NCBI GenBank assembly: GCA_964392865.1
Contig: CAYMRJ010000002.1
Coordinates: forward strand, 67,574 to 103,809
DNA: 36,236 bases
Direction of reading: 5' to 3'
Source of the DNA: an uncultured Staphylococcaceae bacterium
GTDB lineage: Bacteria; Bacillota_I; Bacilli_A; RFN20; CAG-826
A program made the translations under genes and the position numbers. The stretch's first letter is position 1; each line of letters begins with the position of its first letter. Below the pieces are notes generated by a model. The model was not told the origin of the DNA. It saw nothing but the letters and a program-made list of their open reading frames with translations, and did no database searches. Shown here in pieces: positions 33,699 to 36,236 of the stretch.

Positions 33699-35999
33699 AT
33701 GCTCGAAGTCCTCGGCTACTCCTCGGTCTATAACGCCCTCCGTAACTCCGTCAGAGGGGAGAGGGCCCTCGGGCTTTTGGACTATCTCAAACCCTACAAA
33801 TCGAGCCGCCGTCTGAAGGAAGAGCTCGATTGCCTGAACCAAGCCATCACCCTCATCGCCATGGAGGCCATCGCCGTTCCCGAAACGATGGACCTAAGGC
33901 CGACCTATGAGAAAGGCCATAAGGGCATGTTCCTTACCCCGAACGAAGCCCTCGATTACGTGACCGAGGCCGAGTTCCTTCTGGAGGTCAAGAAAGCCGT
34001 CCAGGAAAGGCTCGGGGAAGGACCTCTATACGAGGCCATAAGATACGCCGAACCGAATAGGTCTTTGGTCTCTTCGATCGAAAGGGTTTACGGACCGGAT
34101 GGTAGGATGAAAGATACGGCCTCGTCTGGGCTTTCCTCTGTCAGAAAGAGTCTTCGCGACATCGAAGGTTCGATGCTTTCCATCTGCCGCCAGGAGGCCC
34201 TCCGCTACCAAAGCGCCTTGGCTATGAAAGAGCCCCTGTTCCGGGACGGGCGTTATGTCCTCGGGGTCAGCGTCAGCTACAAGCATTCGGTCGACGGACT
34301 CATCCTCGGCTATTCCGGCTCAGGGGAGACGGCTTACGTCCTTCCGAGGAAATGCCTCGAGAAGGAAAACGAGGCCGCGAGATTAAGGGAAGAAGAAAGG
34401 CGCGAAATCAGGAAGATCGAAGAAGGCCTCCTCAAGCGCTTCATCGCCGCCGAGGAAGAAGTCCTATACCTGAACGAAAGGGTCGCCTATCTCGACTTCC
34501 TTTTCGCCAAGGCCAAATACGCCCTTGCCGAAGAAGCCAACGTCCCGGAATACCTGCCGGAGGAATCCCTCATCGATCTAAAGGCTCTGAGGCACCCTTC
34601 GATTCCTAAGAAAGAAGCCATCCCCAATGACTTTTATTTCGATAAATCCTCGCGTTTGATGGTGTTGACCGGCCCCAATGCCGGCGGCAAATCCGTCGCT
34701 TTGAAGGCCGTCGGCCTCGCCGCCTATTGCTTCTCCTGTGCCCTTCCTGTTCTTTGCAGAGAAGGGAGCCGGATGGCTCAAATCCCGACCATCTACGCCG
34801 ATATCGGCGATAGCCAATCCATCGAAGAGGCTCTATCGACCTTCTCGGCCCATATGAAGGCCGTCGGGAAGATCGTCGACAAAGCCAAAGAGAGCGATCT
34901 CGTCATCTTGGACGAACTAGGAACCGGGACGAGCCCCGGAGAAGGGGAGGCCATCGCCGTGGCCGTCGCCGAAGAACTGCTCCATAAGGGCTGCCTTGTC
35001 ATGATCAGTTCCCACTTCGAAGGACTCAAGACCTTCGCCTTGGAGGCCGAAGGAGCCTTCAATGCCTCGATGGGCTATAAGGAAGAAGGCTATGCCCCGA
35101 GCTACGTCTTGAGGCTCGGCCTGCCCGGATCATCACACTCTTTGGCGGCCGCCGTCCGCTACGGCCTTCCTAGGGAAATCGCCGACCGGGCCAAGGAAAT
35201 CCTCGACGGCAAAAGCGAAGCGAGCCTTTCAAAGACGCTGGAAAAATTGGAAGAAACGGCCAAATTCCAAGAGAAGAAGGCCAAGGAAGCCATCGAAAAG
35301 CTCGGGGAGTTGGAAGAAAAAGAAGCCAGGCTCCGCGATAGGGAAACCAAACTCAAGGCCAAGGAAGAAACCTTCCGGGAAAACCTCGCCAAAGAGAAGG
35401 AAGAACTGGTCGAAAAGGCCAAGGAAGAAATAAAGCGGATCCTTTCGACATTGAAAGGGGACATCAAGCCCCATCAGGCCATCCAAGCCAAAAAGGAACT
35501 GGAAGGCTTGCTCGATGCTAGCGAAGAAGAAACAAGCGGGCCCAAGGACTTCAAGGAAAACGATTACGTCTATATTCCAACGGTCGGAGCCTACGGCCGG
35601 ATTTCTTCGATGTCCGGAAATAAGGCCGTCGTCAACGGTTCCGACGGCTTCACCTACAAGGTCGATCTCGGAAAGCTGGAGCATGCCGAAGAAAGGAAGA
35701 CGGTCAAAAAAGAGAAGCCCATCACCTATCTCGATGGAGCCATAAAGCCGAAGGCGCCTCTGGAAATCAACCTCATCGGGATGCGGAGGGAAGAAGCAAA
35801 GGAAGCTCTCGAAGCCTATCTCGATGCCTGTAGGCTCAACGGCAACAAGCGCGTCCGCATCATCCATGGTCTCGGCAGCGGCGCCCTCAGGAACATGGTC
35901 CGCGAAACGCTCGATAGACATAGCGAGTTCGTCGCTTCCTACGAAAACGCCGGGGAAAGGGAAGGAGGCCTCGGGGCCACCATCGCCCACCTAAGATGA
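33699..35999 (+). CDS. mutS2: Endonuclease MutS2 (ribosome-rescue ATPase with Smr domain), 766 aa
   Basis: TGPNAGGKS Walker A, DIGDSQSIEEALSTFSAHM, LDELGTGT, coiled coil and Smr IIHGLGSGALR. Start placed at ATG 33699. Confidence 0.95.
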   Translation: MLEVLGYSSVYNALRNSVRGERALGLLDYLKPYKSSRRLKEELDCLNQAITLIAMEAIAVPETMDLRPTYEKGHKGMFLTPNEALDYVTEAEFLLEVKKAVQERLGEGPLYEAIRYAEPNRSLVSSIERVYGPDGRMKDTASSGLSSVRKSLRDIEGSMLSICRQEALRYQSALAMKEPLFRDGRYVLGVSVSYKHSVDGLILGYSGSGETAYVLPRKCLEKENEAARLREEERREIRKIEEGLLKRFIAAEEEVLYLNERVAYLDFLFAKAKYALAEEANVPEYLPEESLIDLKALRHPSIPKKEAIPNDFYFDKSSRLMVLTGPNAGGKSVALKAVGLAAYCFSCALPVLCREGSRMAQIPTIYADIGDSQSIEEALSTFSAHMKAVGKIVDKAKESDLVILDELGTGTSPGEGEAIAVAVAEELLHKGCLVMISSHFEGLKTFALEAEGAFNASMGYKEEGYAPSYVLRLGLPGSSHSLAAAVRYGLPREIADRAKEILDGKSEASLSKTLEKLEETAKFQEKKAKEAIEKLGELEEKEARLRDRETKLKAKEETFRENLAKEKEELVEKAKEEIKRILSTLKGDIKPHQAIQAKKELEGLLDASEEETSGPKDFKENDYVYIPTVGAYGRISSMSGNKAVVNGSDGFTYKVDLGKLEHAEERKTVKKEKPITYLDGAIKPKAPLEINLIGMRREEAKEALEAYLDACRLNGNKRVRIIHGLGSGALRNMVRETLDRHSEFVASYENAGEREGGLGATIAHLR

Positions 36000-36236
36000 A
36001 CGAACTCCTCAAGCGCCAAATCGCCTTGCTTCCCGATCATCCGGGCGTCTATCAGATGTTCGATGATGAGGGGAAGATCATCTACATCGGGAAGGCCAAG
36101 AACCTGAAGAAGAGGGTCTCCCAGTATTTCCTAAGGCCCCAGACCGGAAAGGTCGCGGCCATGGTCAGCCATGTCGACCATTTCGAGACCATCGCCGTCA
36201 ATAGCGAGAAGGAAGCCTTCATCCTCGAGATGAACC
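35996..36236 (+). CDS. uvrC: Excinuclease ABC subunit C, 3'-truncated by the window edge (absent from the ORF track)
   Basis: ATGA overlap with mutS2. MNELLKRQIALLPDHPGVYQMFDDEGKIIYIGKAKNLKKRVSQYF is a GIY-YIG domain. Confidence 0.93.
   Translation, partial: MNELLKRQIALLPDHPGVYQMFDDEGKIIYIGKAKNLKKRVSQYFLRPQTGKVAAMVSHVDHFETIAVNSEKEAFILEMN

Noticed and set aside
1-36236. Mycoplasma-type recoding (TGA = Trp) suggested by the mollicute-like gene content
   Set aside because: All genes are intact in the standard code, and TGA acts as a stop at natural ends and ATGA overlaps (pheT/yceD, rsmH/ORF, ileS/lspA, mutS2/uvrC).
1-36236. CRISPR arrays, IS elements, prophage, defence genes, tRNA or rRNA
   Set aside because: Nearly all sequence is accounted for by recognisable genes. 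I saw no spaced direct repeats, transposase or integrase motifs, or cloverleaf sequences in the short intergenic regions.

Overview
A 36 kb GC-rich chromosomal window read in the standard bacterial code. Gene content and order suggest a genome-reduced member of the Bacilli, possibly an uncultured wall-less gut lineage such as RFN20; this placement is inference only. Most of the window is housekeeping: mtaB (partial), rpmF, deoC, rpsU, a TrmH methylase, T-box-pheS-pheT-yceD, a minimal dcw block (mraZ-rsmH-small TM ORF | ftsA-ftsZ) with no pbp/mur genes, ileS-lspA-RluA family, rnhC, mutS2 and uvrC (partial). The accessory part (about 2980-17680) is a starch/pullulan utilisation locus. It encodes a lipoprotein sugar-binding protein, an 1123-aa MalF-type permease with a ~600-aa repetitive insertion, MalG, two GH13 amylase lipoproteins, a type I pullulanase lipoprotein and a non-catalytic, C-terminally anchored CBM26-like protein, with cre/LacI-like operators at both promoters. 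The most notable observations are this membrane-tethered starch system, the permease insertion, strong Lys/Arg depletion of the surface proteins, six apparently leaderless genes, a degenerate FtsA uncoupled from mraZ, and a Phe T-box lacking an obvious terminator hairpin. No mobile element, CRISPR array, tRNA or rRNA was seen. All calls come from reading motifs by eye; no searches were run.
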